NCBI GenBank assembly: GCA_977018835.1
Contig: OZ361256.1
Location: 1,736,001 to 1,800,000, forward strand
DNA length: 64,000 nucleotides
Source: Minutocellus sp. GHC0000111
Lineage: Eukaryota
Reading direction: 5' to 3'
The first letter of the stretch is position 1. Each line of letters begins with the position of its first letter. Under the pieces are notes generated by a model, which was given only the letters and a program-made list of their open reading frames with translations, had not been told where the DNA came from and searched no databases. This document shows, piece by piece, positions 47,119 to 59,017 of this stretch. The translations under genes were made by a program, and so were the position numbers.

Positions 47119-50100
47119 TCACGCAAGGACGGCACTGGAACCGGTTCGAGAGAGCGTGCCTGATCTTGGGCCGACTTTGGTCCGCATAAGGTGCAGCAGC
47201 TCGGCAAGGAGAGCACTTGCCGTTGAATCAACACCTGCTGACGGGCCTTGGACGATGAGCGGGAATCTGCGGTGTCTCGCCGTAAAGAACCTGACGCATT
47301 CGTTGCTAGGGGGTGTGGTCGCAAAGATATGCGAGTTCGGAACATCCACAATCTTGATTTCAATTTCTCCGCTCTTGACGTCAATTGAAGAAATATGTCT
47401 CGGCACACATCCCCGAGCAGCAGCTTGCGCCACTCTTTCGGCCATTAGGGTGTCGAGAGAGGGAGCAATATCCTCGAATACTTTCCCTTGCTCGGCCGGA
47501 GATAGATTGGTCTGCAGAATACTTTCAACATCATGATCCTTATCAACGCCGAGCTCGATGGCCAAGACCAAGAGGCATTTTGCGGTGTACTCGAATGTCA
47601 AATCTTTCATCGGATCTTCTTCCATCAAAGACAGGCCGATTGCCTCTTTGACTGCAGCGCTGAATAAACAGGGGTCTCCGTGAGACTTGGGTGACATGGA
47701 GTGACGAGGAGAGTAAGCACCGCTGGTACTCTCCTCGTCAAAATCGACAATGTTGGAGACCGCCGATGGCGGAGCAAGGCGATGCATTATATATGACCAG
47801 GAGACAGACAAAATACCATCGACCCGACGAATACTATCGCCGCTATTGAGAAGGTCTCGAAGGGTACTGATGACAGGCAAGCCGCCGCCGACAGTCACTT
47901 CTCGCAGATATTGAGCAGATTGTTTGCCATATGCGGTTTCGGCGAAGCGGATCGCTTGTCGTAATTCCTTCGGACCGCTCAGCGCAGAATTATTGGCTGC
48001 GATAACGTGGACGCCGGCGTCCAACCATTCTGCATGCTTCTTGCCAACGCTCTCCTGGGCGGTGCAGTCAAAAATAATACTGTGAGGAATGTCTTCTGAC
48101 TTGACATAATCACAGATACTTGAAATGCCTCCCGGCTTCATAGCTGTGAGCTCTTTCTCTGCACACGAAGCGTCGAAGGCCACTGAAGAAGATGCCGGGG
48201 CCCCAAGTAGGAGTGCACCGCCAGTGGCGACGTTGTATGCTTCGATGGTAATTGAATCAGAGTACTTATCATCCAGGTTCTTGAGCGTAATGAGATCAAG
48301 ACTTGAGCCACCTTCCACAACGGCACGAACTTGGAGGTCAATCTCAAACGCATCACGAAGTCTACTCCTTTGCCCCTCCAGCAGCTTCAAAAGGCTATCG
48401 CCGATTTCATTCATCCCAACAAGTCCGACGTAAACGGTAGTGTGTGACAACCTAAATGCAGCATGGACTGCCCGAAGAGCACGGGTGCTATCTTTCTGCC
48501 ATACTACTGCCGAGATATTCCGCTCGCTGCAGCCTTGGGAAATGGCCAAAATATTGATACGGCTGTCTCCAAGCGCAGTGAAAAATCTACCAGAAACTCC
48601 TGCCGTCTGACTCATGCCATCACCGACGGCGGCAATAATGGAACATGGCGCTTTAACATCGACACTCGAGATGTGATTTTGTATCAACTCTCGCCGGAAC
48701 TCCTCTTCGATGGCATGCTTGGCGTCATCAGCTTGTGCTGCCAACGTAGCAAAGGTGATGGAATGCTCACTCGAAGCCTGAGAAATAAGCACCACCGAAA
48801 CGCCGATGCTTTCGAGTGTCCCGAACAAACGCTTGGCAATGCCCTGCACTCCAACAAGTCCAGTGCCTTCCACATTGATTAATGCCATATTCTCGATGGA
48901 ACTAAACCCACAAACGCACTTGTCTCGATCGGTGTGGGTGGTCGAGGATGTGAAAATGCGACTTCCCGGAAAGGACGAGTTGAAAGTATTGCGGATATAG
49001 ATTGGGATCTGTGGGTCGCACATGATCGCTGGAACCATTGTCTTTGGGTGGATCACCTTGGCACCGAAATACGCAAGTTCCATGGCCTCATTATAGCTTG
49101 TGTGTGGAAAACATACAGTAGTTCGAGCATAAAATTTGTGAGAAAGTTGAATGAATAGAACAATTTTAAAATTCTCGAGCACGAAACTCACCTCACTTCG
49201 CCGATGACATGTGCATGTGGAACGCGTCTTGGATCGGCGGAAAGAACACCATCGACGTCCGTCCAAATGCTGATGCTTGATGCTTGGAGCAAACGACCCA
49301 TAATGGCAGCACTGTAGTCACTCCCATCTCTCTGAAGCGTAGTAGCAACTCCTTCTGTGTTGGATGCAACATATCCCGTAACAATGAAGTGAAGATATCC
49401 ATCCTCATATTTGGCTCGCTCTTCTTCATACACTTTGCCAAGCTTCGAGTCCGACAGCTGCCATACGACGGCACCATTCTCAATGGCCTCCTCGTCGATC
49501 GTAATGACACGTCTTGCGTCGAGGTAGACAAAGCGATGGTGTTTGGTTCCCGGTTTGTTTGTCATGCGGCTCTTGGATCTGGCCTCGAGCAGCGCGCTCA
49601 GGATCTGCGCCGACCAGAGCTCACCGTAACCACTGACCAGCTCACTAATCCTTGCCGCCTGCCATTTCATGAGCGATACCGTCTTCAAAATGTCGCGAAT
49701 GTCGCTCAAGTCCGACACGATGCGGCCCTTGAGAAGCTCGGAAACGTCCGAGTCCAAATCAAGTTCCTCGAGGCAAACGGAATGTTTGATAAGAATTTGA
49801 TCCAAGAGACTGTTGACGCCATCCTCGTCGCGATCGGCCGCCGCCCGAACGGACGATAGGAGCATATCGGTCGTCTTGGGCTTGCCTCCCATGGCCGAAA
49901 CCACTACGGCCAGGTGCTTGTGGTCAATACTCGTATTGTCGTCGTCGAGTCCGCATCCCAGCTGCTCCTCTACAATGGCCGCCACCTTCACATAGCATTC
50001 GGCACTTGCGACGCTCGTCCCGCCAAACTTGTGGACCTCCCACATCTTCCCAAAAGCTCCAGTTGCAGAGCTTGCCTCACTGTCAACAATCTCTGTCATG

Positions 50101-50228
50101 CTTGACTGGAGTGACGGAATTCCTCGACAAATGGACCACCGCCGCCTTGCCGGTGTGGTGTAAAAGTTTCGGTGGTGGTCGAAGGCCGCCGCCGCGAAAA
50201 AATCGCAAACGCTGAGTACCAGGTACAT
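47119..50228 (-). CDS. thrA: Bifunctional aspartokinase / homoserine dehydrogenase, 2 exons
   Basis: VHKFGGTSV, VVSAMGG, GYGELWSA, TTLQRDGSDYSA, IWTDVDGVLSADPR, S|YNEAMELAYFGAKVIHP (intron 49191-49097), two ACT domains (ISQASSEHSI; ISQGCSERNIS), HSDH-like EVTVGGGLP and GPSAG. Start is either 50228 (MYLVLSVCDFFAAAA-F, possible plastid presequence) or 50099. Confidence 0.93.
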
Positions 50229-50506
50229 TACCGGCAACGTCTCGTTTGTTGTCTTTCCGTCGTCCGTCTCGGGCACTCAATTTACTATGGGATTTTGAAT
50301 CAAAGAAGGATCGTGGTGGAACTCGAAAACGAGCCGATAGAATCGGCTGTATCTTCTCCATGTGATTGTACACATCATGGTTAAGAGGTGGATGGAATGG
50401 CATCAAAATCCGAGCTTTGCGTTTTGAGATATCTTGGGGTTCTTTTCGGTATCTTTTGCTTAGTCGACTGACTGAGTCAAGTCAAGTCAACAGCATGTGT
50501 GATGCA

Positions 50507-53500
50507 CCAAGTGCGTGTCGATCTGGCGACGCCAGCGACGTTTTCGCCCAGAAATCGGAAAGTCCGAAGAAATACCTACAAAATCTCATTTCTCAGAATG
50601 TTTTCCATAATTTTTGTTTTGGAACGACAGTTTTGTGCTACTCAAAAAACAAAAAAATAAAATTTGCCTGAACTGGAGAACTACAATGAGAATTCGAGTC
50701 AATAAGGCAAGTTTGATGCAAAGTTATGAATGTTACCGAGGTGTCGCACTACATGTAACTATCACCGTTAAAACTATCAACCTTTATGTACTTGTTGATA
50801 TGTTCGCCGTGTTCGAGTCACTCGTGTAGGATGACACAGCACAGCTTCAGCATCAGCCATTTTTACCAGCAAACACACGAGGTTTGAGTTTTTACACGTA
50901 CCAAATGCATCAAAGCAAGCTAGTAACATAATAAATCTAAGTAAAAATGTCAATCTAAGCTTTCTTGGAGCGAGGGGCGATACCGTCCTTGGTTGCGATG
51001 AAGTCGCCTCGGACGTTTTGTCCTTGTTGGGCCGTTGGCTTACAACTTCGCAAGAACTCGTTGCCGCCGCCATTTTCTTCCACTCTTTCTAGAATTCGTT
51101 TCGCCAACACGTATCCATGAGCGACTTTTTCCGATGTCAAATCGCTCCATGTATCTTGGCATCGCTTCCATATTGCATCGTTGTTTCCGATGGCCTTCTC
51201 CCCGCCCTCCTTTAGCAAATGAGAGTGGATTTTAGACATGCAGGGGAAGACGGCCAAGTCAAGATTGTTCGAGTAGGGCATCTGAGCAGCCTGGGGCTCC
51301 CAATACCAATGGCTCCTTATCTGGCATTGCTCCTTGCACCATGCTTGGAAATTGCCCTCGCGGTGAGGACCGGCATTGTCGCCTTGAACAACTACGCCAT
51401 AGTTCTGGTACTTTCCATAGAGACTTGGATCAGCGATGGGCGGGGAGTTGTTTTCAGGATCAGCCTCGTGTCGTTGCTTCTCCTCCTGATACTTTTCTTT
51501 GTCACCACAAGTAGCGGGAGGACCAACTAACTTCTCAAAAAGAGGGATAATTTGATGTTCAAATATCTCTCGAAGAGAAAAGCTAGGATTAGTCGAAGTC
51601 CCGCTACTTACACCCTTCACCGTAGCATCAACCATGTAGGGCCTACCCTTCTCACGAATCAGCTCTCCATCGTAGCGCTGCCGACCCTCATCGTCCTTCC
51701 GACCAGCACGCTGATTCTTCTGCGCCATTCGGCCTGCCATGCATCGATACAGACCAAGCATCAAGCCGTCGCCGCCATCCTCGATGTTACCGCCATAAGC
51801 ATACCCAGTGAACGCAACCACCATAATCTTCGGAATGTGGCACTTATGCTGACAAAAATTCATTGGGTGATGAAGGCCCAGAGCCTCGCAGATTTCGTTG
51901 TTGCGCCTTCCGACGTACCCATGGAACCACTTTTCATCGTAATGCACAAGAATAGTAGGCTCGGCTTCTCTCCCCCAGCCATTGAGGAAATGCTTCGCAA
52001 ATCGGACATGCTCGGCCATCTGAGCTGTTGTAAGCAAAGGCAATATTGCTTCTGCACCGCATGTAGCTCCACAATGCGAAGTAAACCACCGATCAATCGT
52101 CCTTGCACTGCACCAACCGTCAATGTCATCTGCAACATCCTGCCAACTTTTGGACTGATCCTTGAGAAGTATTGCAATAATCTCATCTCGAATTCCAGGC
52201 TGTCTAGCGATGGCCGACCGAGAAAGAAAGTTGAATGGCTCTTTGTTGTCGGCGGTAAGGTATTGGAACTTTTCGCGCGCCATCTTCCTTATGTCTCCCT
52301 GCGCAGATGAATCCAAGAGGTAGCAATTCTCAGCGGCCTCCGCCGATGCCTTCTGTAGCAAATGCTCTCCATAAAAATATACTGGAGTGTACATCGAGCG
52401 CGCATGATCATAGTCTTCGATCACAGAAAGAAATTTGACCCTCTTCGCTCCGGGCTCCTCCCCTCTTTCCTTTCTCTTTCGCTTCTTGCTTTCCTTCTTC
52501 GCCTCTGCTCTTCGCTCGGCCTTCTGTGGCATCATGAGGCGATCGTACGCATCTTTGGGGTGGTGCCGCTCAACTCCATATGCGTGGGCGAGATTCACTA
52601 TTGCGAGGGGCTCTTTCGTCGCTGGAAGGGTTGCCATTCCAAGGGTCTTGCGCATGGCAGCAGCAGATGCCACAGCACCATAGTCCACAGCAATTGCAGT
52701 GTCAAAATCAGGGTCGTCCCTTGATAGGCCCATGCTATCAGCTCTCCATCCTCTGCAAAGATTCATTCCACCATTCTTTTTCATGAGCTCAGTTACAATC
52801 TGACCTCCGTCTTTCCGGCACTGCCGTTTCGCCGGCGGACTAGAGGCCGTTCCCCCATCGTCTTTGTCATCTCCTAATGCATCTTGGCGAGTCCTTTTGA
52901 TAGCTGCACGAGCTGGGGGGTTGTGGATGATTGGAGCAGAAGATGTGGCTGATCGAATTCGAGTGAGGCGGAAAAGGGGAACATCATGCTCAAATTTCTG
53001 GGCTGCGATGGCGTCATACTGCACATCCACCGTCAGCTTCCCACCGGAGCCTTTCACATCGGTAACGATTCCATCACCGCCGGGAGAATTCTTGTATATG
53101 GGCTGTAGTCTGATGAAACCCTCACGGTATCGCCTTTTTGGAGGAGGGGTTTGCCCGACACATAGTTGCTCGTCTTCTTCCCCTTCGGCGGCGTAGTGAT
53201 GGAAGTGACGGTACCTCTTTGTTTTGCATGCTCCTTCCTTTCATATTCAAGGCATATGCGCTTATTCTCGCGCTCTTTCTCCGCCGCGACCTGCGCCTTC
53301 TTGGCCGCCTTCTTCGCAATGTCTTCGGCTGCCTTCGCTTTCTCGGCATCCAATTGTTGGGATCGCTGCACTTGCGCCGGTGCTGGCGACGACGATGGAT
53401 GAGAGGACGTATCAGTCGATGTACCAGTCGGCAGAGAAGGCGGAGAACGAGCAGGAGACACAATCAATGGCCGGGCGAGTCGATGGCGTTCGAGTGTCAC

Positions 53501-54377
53501 GTTCGACGAGGGTGAGGTATTGGCATTATTTTATTGCGATGCGGCCCGTGCAGACGTTGTTGGACGGCGGGATGAACGAGCGTTGTTAGAGGCTGCTGGC
53601 GACCGAAAATACGTAGGAGGCCATGGGAGGAGATCACCCCTGGATAAATGCATGTCTGCAAGGTTTTTGTCGCTGAGATTGGTCGTGTTGTTTATATCGG
53701 CCACGAAGCATTTGTGGCAGCGCAAGTTTGCGTTCTCTTTGCCGTATCTTTGGAAGTGCTGCACTTGACAGCAGTGGTGGAACGATGCGCCACATTTTGT
53801 GCACCGATCATTGGCGGGAGGGCCGGCCGAGCCAGGGACAGCCAACGCGCAAGCGCCAATTTGAGAATGAATAACTGCAGGAGTTTGGCATAAATGGGAG
53901 GAGGGGCAAGCGGTATCGTTTCGTTCTCGTTCTTTATGCTTGGATGGTCGGACGATGATTGGCTATGAACATTGAAAATCTTCAGAGCCGTATAAAAGTT
54001 TTACTGTGTCAGAGAGATTTGGGCGGGAATGTGTCGATTTGGAGGGGGCGATCCCGACGCCGCCGGATTCGCAAGGAGCGCGATCGATGAAGGCGGCGAA
54101 CATCACACGTTGCTCAACATATCTTGAACTAATCGATGAGGGAAAGTCCGATCGGTTGGACAACATTTCGTGATAAACGACCATGCAAAGCAACGACCTT
54201 TTGCCATGAAGAGAGAGGCAAACGAGACGGGCAAGCAAAAAAACGGTCAAAGACGCCCAAAATGTGCTAAATTAAGTAGTGGAGAGCCGGCCATGCCAGT
54301 AAAAGACATTTTTCCGCTCTCTCTTGTCACTCCTGCGAAAATTTCTCGCTGGCGTCGCCAGATCGACACGCACTTGG
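50507..54377 (-). mobile_element. Tc1/mariner superfamily DNA transposon (DD39D type), 3871 bp, perfect 32-bp TIRs
   Basis: CCAAGTGCGTGTCGATCTGGCGACGCCAGCGA (50507-50538) is the exact reverse complement of 54346-54377. The right flank is TA and the left flank CA (possible mutated TA TSD). It encloses a DDD transposase ORF. Confidence 0.93.
50955..53962 (-). pseudogene. Interrupted transposase: PHD-like finger + Tudor-like module + DD39D catalytic domain
   Basis: HYDEKWF ... QGDNAGPH-(39 aa between Asp residues)-NNLDLAVF. The upstream pieces 53531-53845 and 53054-53500 share one frame separated by a single TAA (53533-53531), and a 1-nt shift near 53095 joins them to the 700-aa ORF. No in-frame ATG was found, so the 5' end is approximate. 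Confidence 0.8.
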
Positions 54378-56169
54378 TACGTACGGTGCATGTGCTCGTA
54401 CACGTACAGAGCCACCCGCCCGCCGACCATGCATGCCGCCCCAAAGAGAACAATGGTGCCAGGACCGCTGTCGCCTTCGTTTGCTGTTCACATCCCTCCC
54501 CTTTATCGCAAGCATGTGTTCTACATCAATCGCTTTCCAGGCATGCCAGCTTGTTTTGCCTCTCTCTTCAAATGACTTCATCGTCCTGCGCTGCCCTCTC
54601 GGGGGACTGGACGCTCGAGAAACGCCCGAAAGCAAAGCAGCGACGAGCTTACTTCTAGCTACGTAGCACTTCCCGGCCTCTCGGCAAACATGCTTGAGCT
54701 ATCGCCAGTCAACGAAACCATTTATCTCGCGTCTTCGTGTGAGTGAACAAGGATTAAGAACAATCACCATCGTTTCCAGCACATCAGTTGCTTCCGCTTG
54801 GCAAGGAGGTCCGGAAAATAATCTTCACTGCATCGCGACTTTTGAACTTTGATCTCGCGCGAAAAGGGTGGTGGGTGCTCAAGAGACTTCGACTACGCGG
54901 ACGAGGGTGATGTTGACGGCTCCTGTGGGTTGAGTCATCACTTGTTACGTTGACGACACCGACTGAAAAAAGTACGAGCTTTGTTGATTGAGGATGTTCG
55001 ACGATTCAAAAAGTCGTTCTGATTCATTCACATGCCAAGTTCTCAAGCCTTGAGATGCATTTCGTTCATTTGAGCTTTGAGCGGCGTGCATAAGGTTTGT
55101 TTGTGCTGGGAGAGAAGTGCTTGCAGCATTTACTTCCTGTCTTGGCTGATTGGATGTTGCCAATGCATTTGTACATGGCGAATCCAGAACTTGCTGTCAT
55201 GTTGTGCAGCAGACACGTCTGGAACGCAGGAATTCCTACATAGGAATTCATAAATTGTTAATTTCGGCCAAGGGGATCGCAAGCTTGCGTAGTGATCCAC
55301 TTGGCCCATCAAATTGTGCAGAGCAAAGTGAATCTTTGGTTTAGCTCTACAGGTCTACACTTGTGTAATAGTTTACATAACAATTGTAACAGTCACATGT
55401 GGCATAGATCTAACTGATGCCACTTTTATCGATGGCACCACAACACGAATGAATTGAGAGATCTGCAACAAAGGATTTACAAGCCGCCGCCTCTTTTCAT
55501 CTTTCTTTCCTCTCCAAAAATGAAAAACCTACCGGTGCCGGTAGTCTCATTACATTAGAAATCGGTGTGTGAACACGGTGCCGGTAGATCTAGATTGTGC
55601 ATGTCACATGTAGATCTAGTCTACTAGCTACGTAGTAGATCTTGATTCTCTACATGTGCATGTAGTCGGTGCCAGTCTGCTGTCCTTCTCACCACTTCGT
55701 AGCAATCACGAAGTGCCCTCGGAGAGCGCGCTGATAATGGCGCCCACTCGTTCGTATCTATCTGCTTCCGAAAAGAATGAGGAAGCAGGAAGCATGGTGT
55801 CGGGCGAAGGAAAGACCATGCATCTCAAGAAGCAAATAATCAATTCAAAAGGGGCGGGATGCGATGCCCCATGCATGGCGCATTGTTGCACGATGCATGA
55901 CGGCACGCTAACGCAAACGACGACAACATGTACCGGTACCGTACATGCAAATGAAGGTAGATAGATCTACCATGGTACATACATACTTAGAATACCTGTT
56001 ATCACAATATCATAATTATTTTTATCTCATAAAACATCTAGGGCTCTGGCCGGGGCTGCCCGGAAAACTAAGCGCCACTCAGATCAAAGCTTGGGGTTGC
56101 ATTGCAGACACAAGGAGTGAAAAAGCATCAGCAAATGTTATCATATGCTAAAGCATACGAAAGACACAT

Positions 56170-58339
56170 TTATGCCGAAGCACCCTTGGAGTCGTGGAGG
56201 GGCTCAAGCTTGTAGTCATCAGCGGCCTTCTTCTTCTTCAATGCAACGAAAGCGATGCCACCAACGACGGCAAGGACGAGGACGGCAATGCCGAACTTGG
56301 CTCCGGCGGACATGTCACCCATGCTGGCGAAGGAAGTCTTGTCGGGCTTGTAGTGGACCTCACCCTCGTAGACGTTGCCCTGGTATCCCTGGAAGTCGTA
56401 GGTGTTGTAGAAGGTGCACACGGCCTGGATGTCGTCGACGTCCTGCTCGCTGAGCTCGTACTCGTAGAGGAAGTTGTACTCGTTGCCCTCCCACTCTTCC
56501 TCGGCCTCTTCCTCAGCCTCCTCCTGGTTGTTGTCGTATCCGCAAGTGGCGAGGGGGACGGCCTCGGCCTCCATGATCTGCTGGCAGATCTCGTTGGCCT
56601 CGTAGTTGGCCTCCTCTTCCTCCTGCTGCTCCTCTTCCTCGCCGTCCTCCTTGTACTCGTCGAACTCGGGGAAGGCCTCGCACGAGATGCCGTTCTTGTA
56701 GGGGTCAACGACGTAGTCGGTGATGGTCTCGAGCTGGTCGGAAGTGAGGACGACCTGGCCGTCCTGGAGCTTGCGGCCCTCTCCGTTCTGCTGCTGGTTC
56801 TGGTTGTAGTAGCCGTATCCACCGGAGGCGGCCTTGTAGTAGTCCATGGACTTGTAGTAGACGGTGCACTCGTCGTCGAGGAAGAGGCCGATCTCGGGAC
56901 CGTAGGTGCCGGTTCCGCCGCTCTTGCCGTCGCGGTTGCCGCAGATGAAGCCGGCCTTGAGTTCGATGCCCTCGGCGGTGTAGATGCCGGTCTCGGCACA
57001 CTCGGCGAACTGGGCGACGTACTCGGCGAGCTCGTCGTCGTCGAGGTACATGTCGTTCTGCTCCTCCTGCTCCTGGCCCTCCTCCTCCTCGGCCTCCCAG
57101 CAGTTCAGGCTGTCACAAGTGTTACAGTTGACGTAGTTGCCGTAAAGCTTACGCTCGAAGGCCTTGACGCTGAGCTTACGTCCCTCGTCGTTCTGCTCCT
57201 CACCCTCCTGCTCCTCACCCTCCTGGTTCTCCTCTTCCTGCTGTTCCTCCTCCTGCTGCTGCTGCTCCTCCTCGGCCTCTGTTGATTCATAAAAATGAAA
57301 AGTAAGAGAGAACGTACGTGTAGGAGAAATATGATTGAGTTAGCGATTGATTTTTATAAAATGCAAGGAACGAAAAAGAATAAATTCCAACGAAATATAT
57401 GGTGAAGGTAATCCGATCCGAAAAAATACGTGTAAACTCACCATCCTGCTGGGGGTAGCAGTAGTCGACGGACTTCTGGCACTGCTCGCAGTAGGACTCG
57501 CGCTGGGCGGACTTGTACTGGACCATGGCCTGCATGAAGTCGCCGAGGGGGGCGATCCACGAGATGTCGGAATCTCCGTTGCCGTCGGCGTAGTAGGAGT
57601 TGGCGGTGGAAACGACCTGGAAGATGACGTAGGACTTCTCGGCGAGGGCCTCTCCGTTGGCGGCGTAGGAGATGACGTTCTCGTCGTAGATGTTGTCGGT
57701 CTGGACCTTGAAGTTGACGCACTCCTGGGGGTTGATGGAGTGGTAGCTGGAGATCTCGAACTCCTGCTGCTCGCCGTTGTTCTCCTCGAGCTTACGGGCG
57801 GCGGTCTGGCCGTGCTTGGCGATGAAATCGTCGTACTTCATGGCCTTGGACATGAGCTTGGGGGTGGCTGTTGCATTTATGAAAGAGGGGAGAAGCGGAG
57901 AAGAAAGATATGCGTGCGGGTGAGATGATTATGTAATGTAAATGTATGTAATAAACAGGTTATTTCAACGGAGAGGATATTGCATGCATGTGTTGAATTG
58001 CATGTGCCCACGGTTACAATTCCAATGATGCACTGCTCCAATAATTATGAGTCGCCACGATATGTGCCATGACTTCGTAGTAGAGTCGATGCATATTATA
58101 TTTGGCATTGGTTTGGCATCCTTGTCATAAACGCAACGCATGCAAATGTATGCATGGCAAATGAATATGCAATTTCTTCTACCCGACTAAACCAGTTTTG
58201 TCCAGTCCTAACGGATCGATCGATTAGCACAGAATTCGTACGAATGACGGAACTCACCCTTGGCCTTGTTGATGCGGATGGTGCCGGGCTTGGCGGAGAC
58301 ACCAGCCATGAGGGCAGCGGCGGCGAGAAGGAGCTTCAT
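56170..58339 (-). CDS. Silicanin-1-like type I membrane protein (diatom silica deposition vesicle family), 3 exons
   Basis: Exons 58339-58258, 57867-57442, 57278-56170. Signal peptide MKLLLAAAALMAGVSA, RKL motifs, Cys-spaced N/Q/E-rich lumenal domain (YCEQC, CNTC, ECAETG, IGLFLDDECTVY, ISCE, ANEICQQI), one TM (MSAGAKFGIAVLVLAVVGGIAFVAL) and a short basic tail. Confidence 0.85.
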
Positions 58340-59017
58340 CTTTTTTGGTATATATGGATGGGTGGTGGGCTAGTTTGTGTTGCCTCGAGACGTTTGGAAA
58401 GTGTGCGGTTGCAATGCGTGATGGGGACCGACTGGACCACCCGTCGCCGCGTCGCCAAACGAGGAGCACACGGAACGCACGCCGAACGCAGTCGTTTTGT
58501 GGCCTTCGAAGAAGAGAGAAAAATCGCCAAAAAACGGGACTACGATCATATCGGGATTACAGATCATTGAGATATATCCGGATCTGAAAATTTGGATAGA
58601 GACAAGTGAGAGGCGAGGCCGGCGTGACTTGTGCGAGATTTATTAAAAGGCGTCTCCCTGGGTTTGTTCGCTTATTCCCCCTTATCCGCTGTCGACTGAA
58701 ATGCAAAAATTGACCACAGACCCCGACCGAAGCGAAGATACCGACACAAGACGTGCTGGAGTTAGTTGTCGGACGTATTGCATTGCACTGCTCGGTCCCA
58801 AAGAATACCACAGAAGGCCGAGCGGGCGCACAATAAAAACAGAGGCCGCTCGAGTCTCGTTACTAGTAGAGCGCGTAGTCCAAGCCGAACCGAACGATTG
58901 CGAGAAATCATTTTTTTCGTCGACCGCGCTGATCATCTCATCATCTCGAGATTGCGTTTTCATCACGTGTTGTTGACGCCGTCAGTCAGTTGTGGCGTGC
59001 AAGTACGATCGTAGTAG

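Noticed and set aside
54400..56100. Short ORFs between the transposon and the silicanin-like gene
   Set aside because: No coherent reading frame or motif; treated as intergenic.
56194..57285. 363-aa Leu/Val-rich plus-strand ORF and 253-aa Ser/Thr/Arg minus-strand ORF
   Set aside because: By-products of the strong codon bias of the silicanin-like gene.
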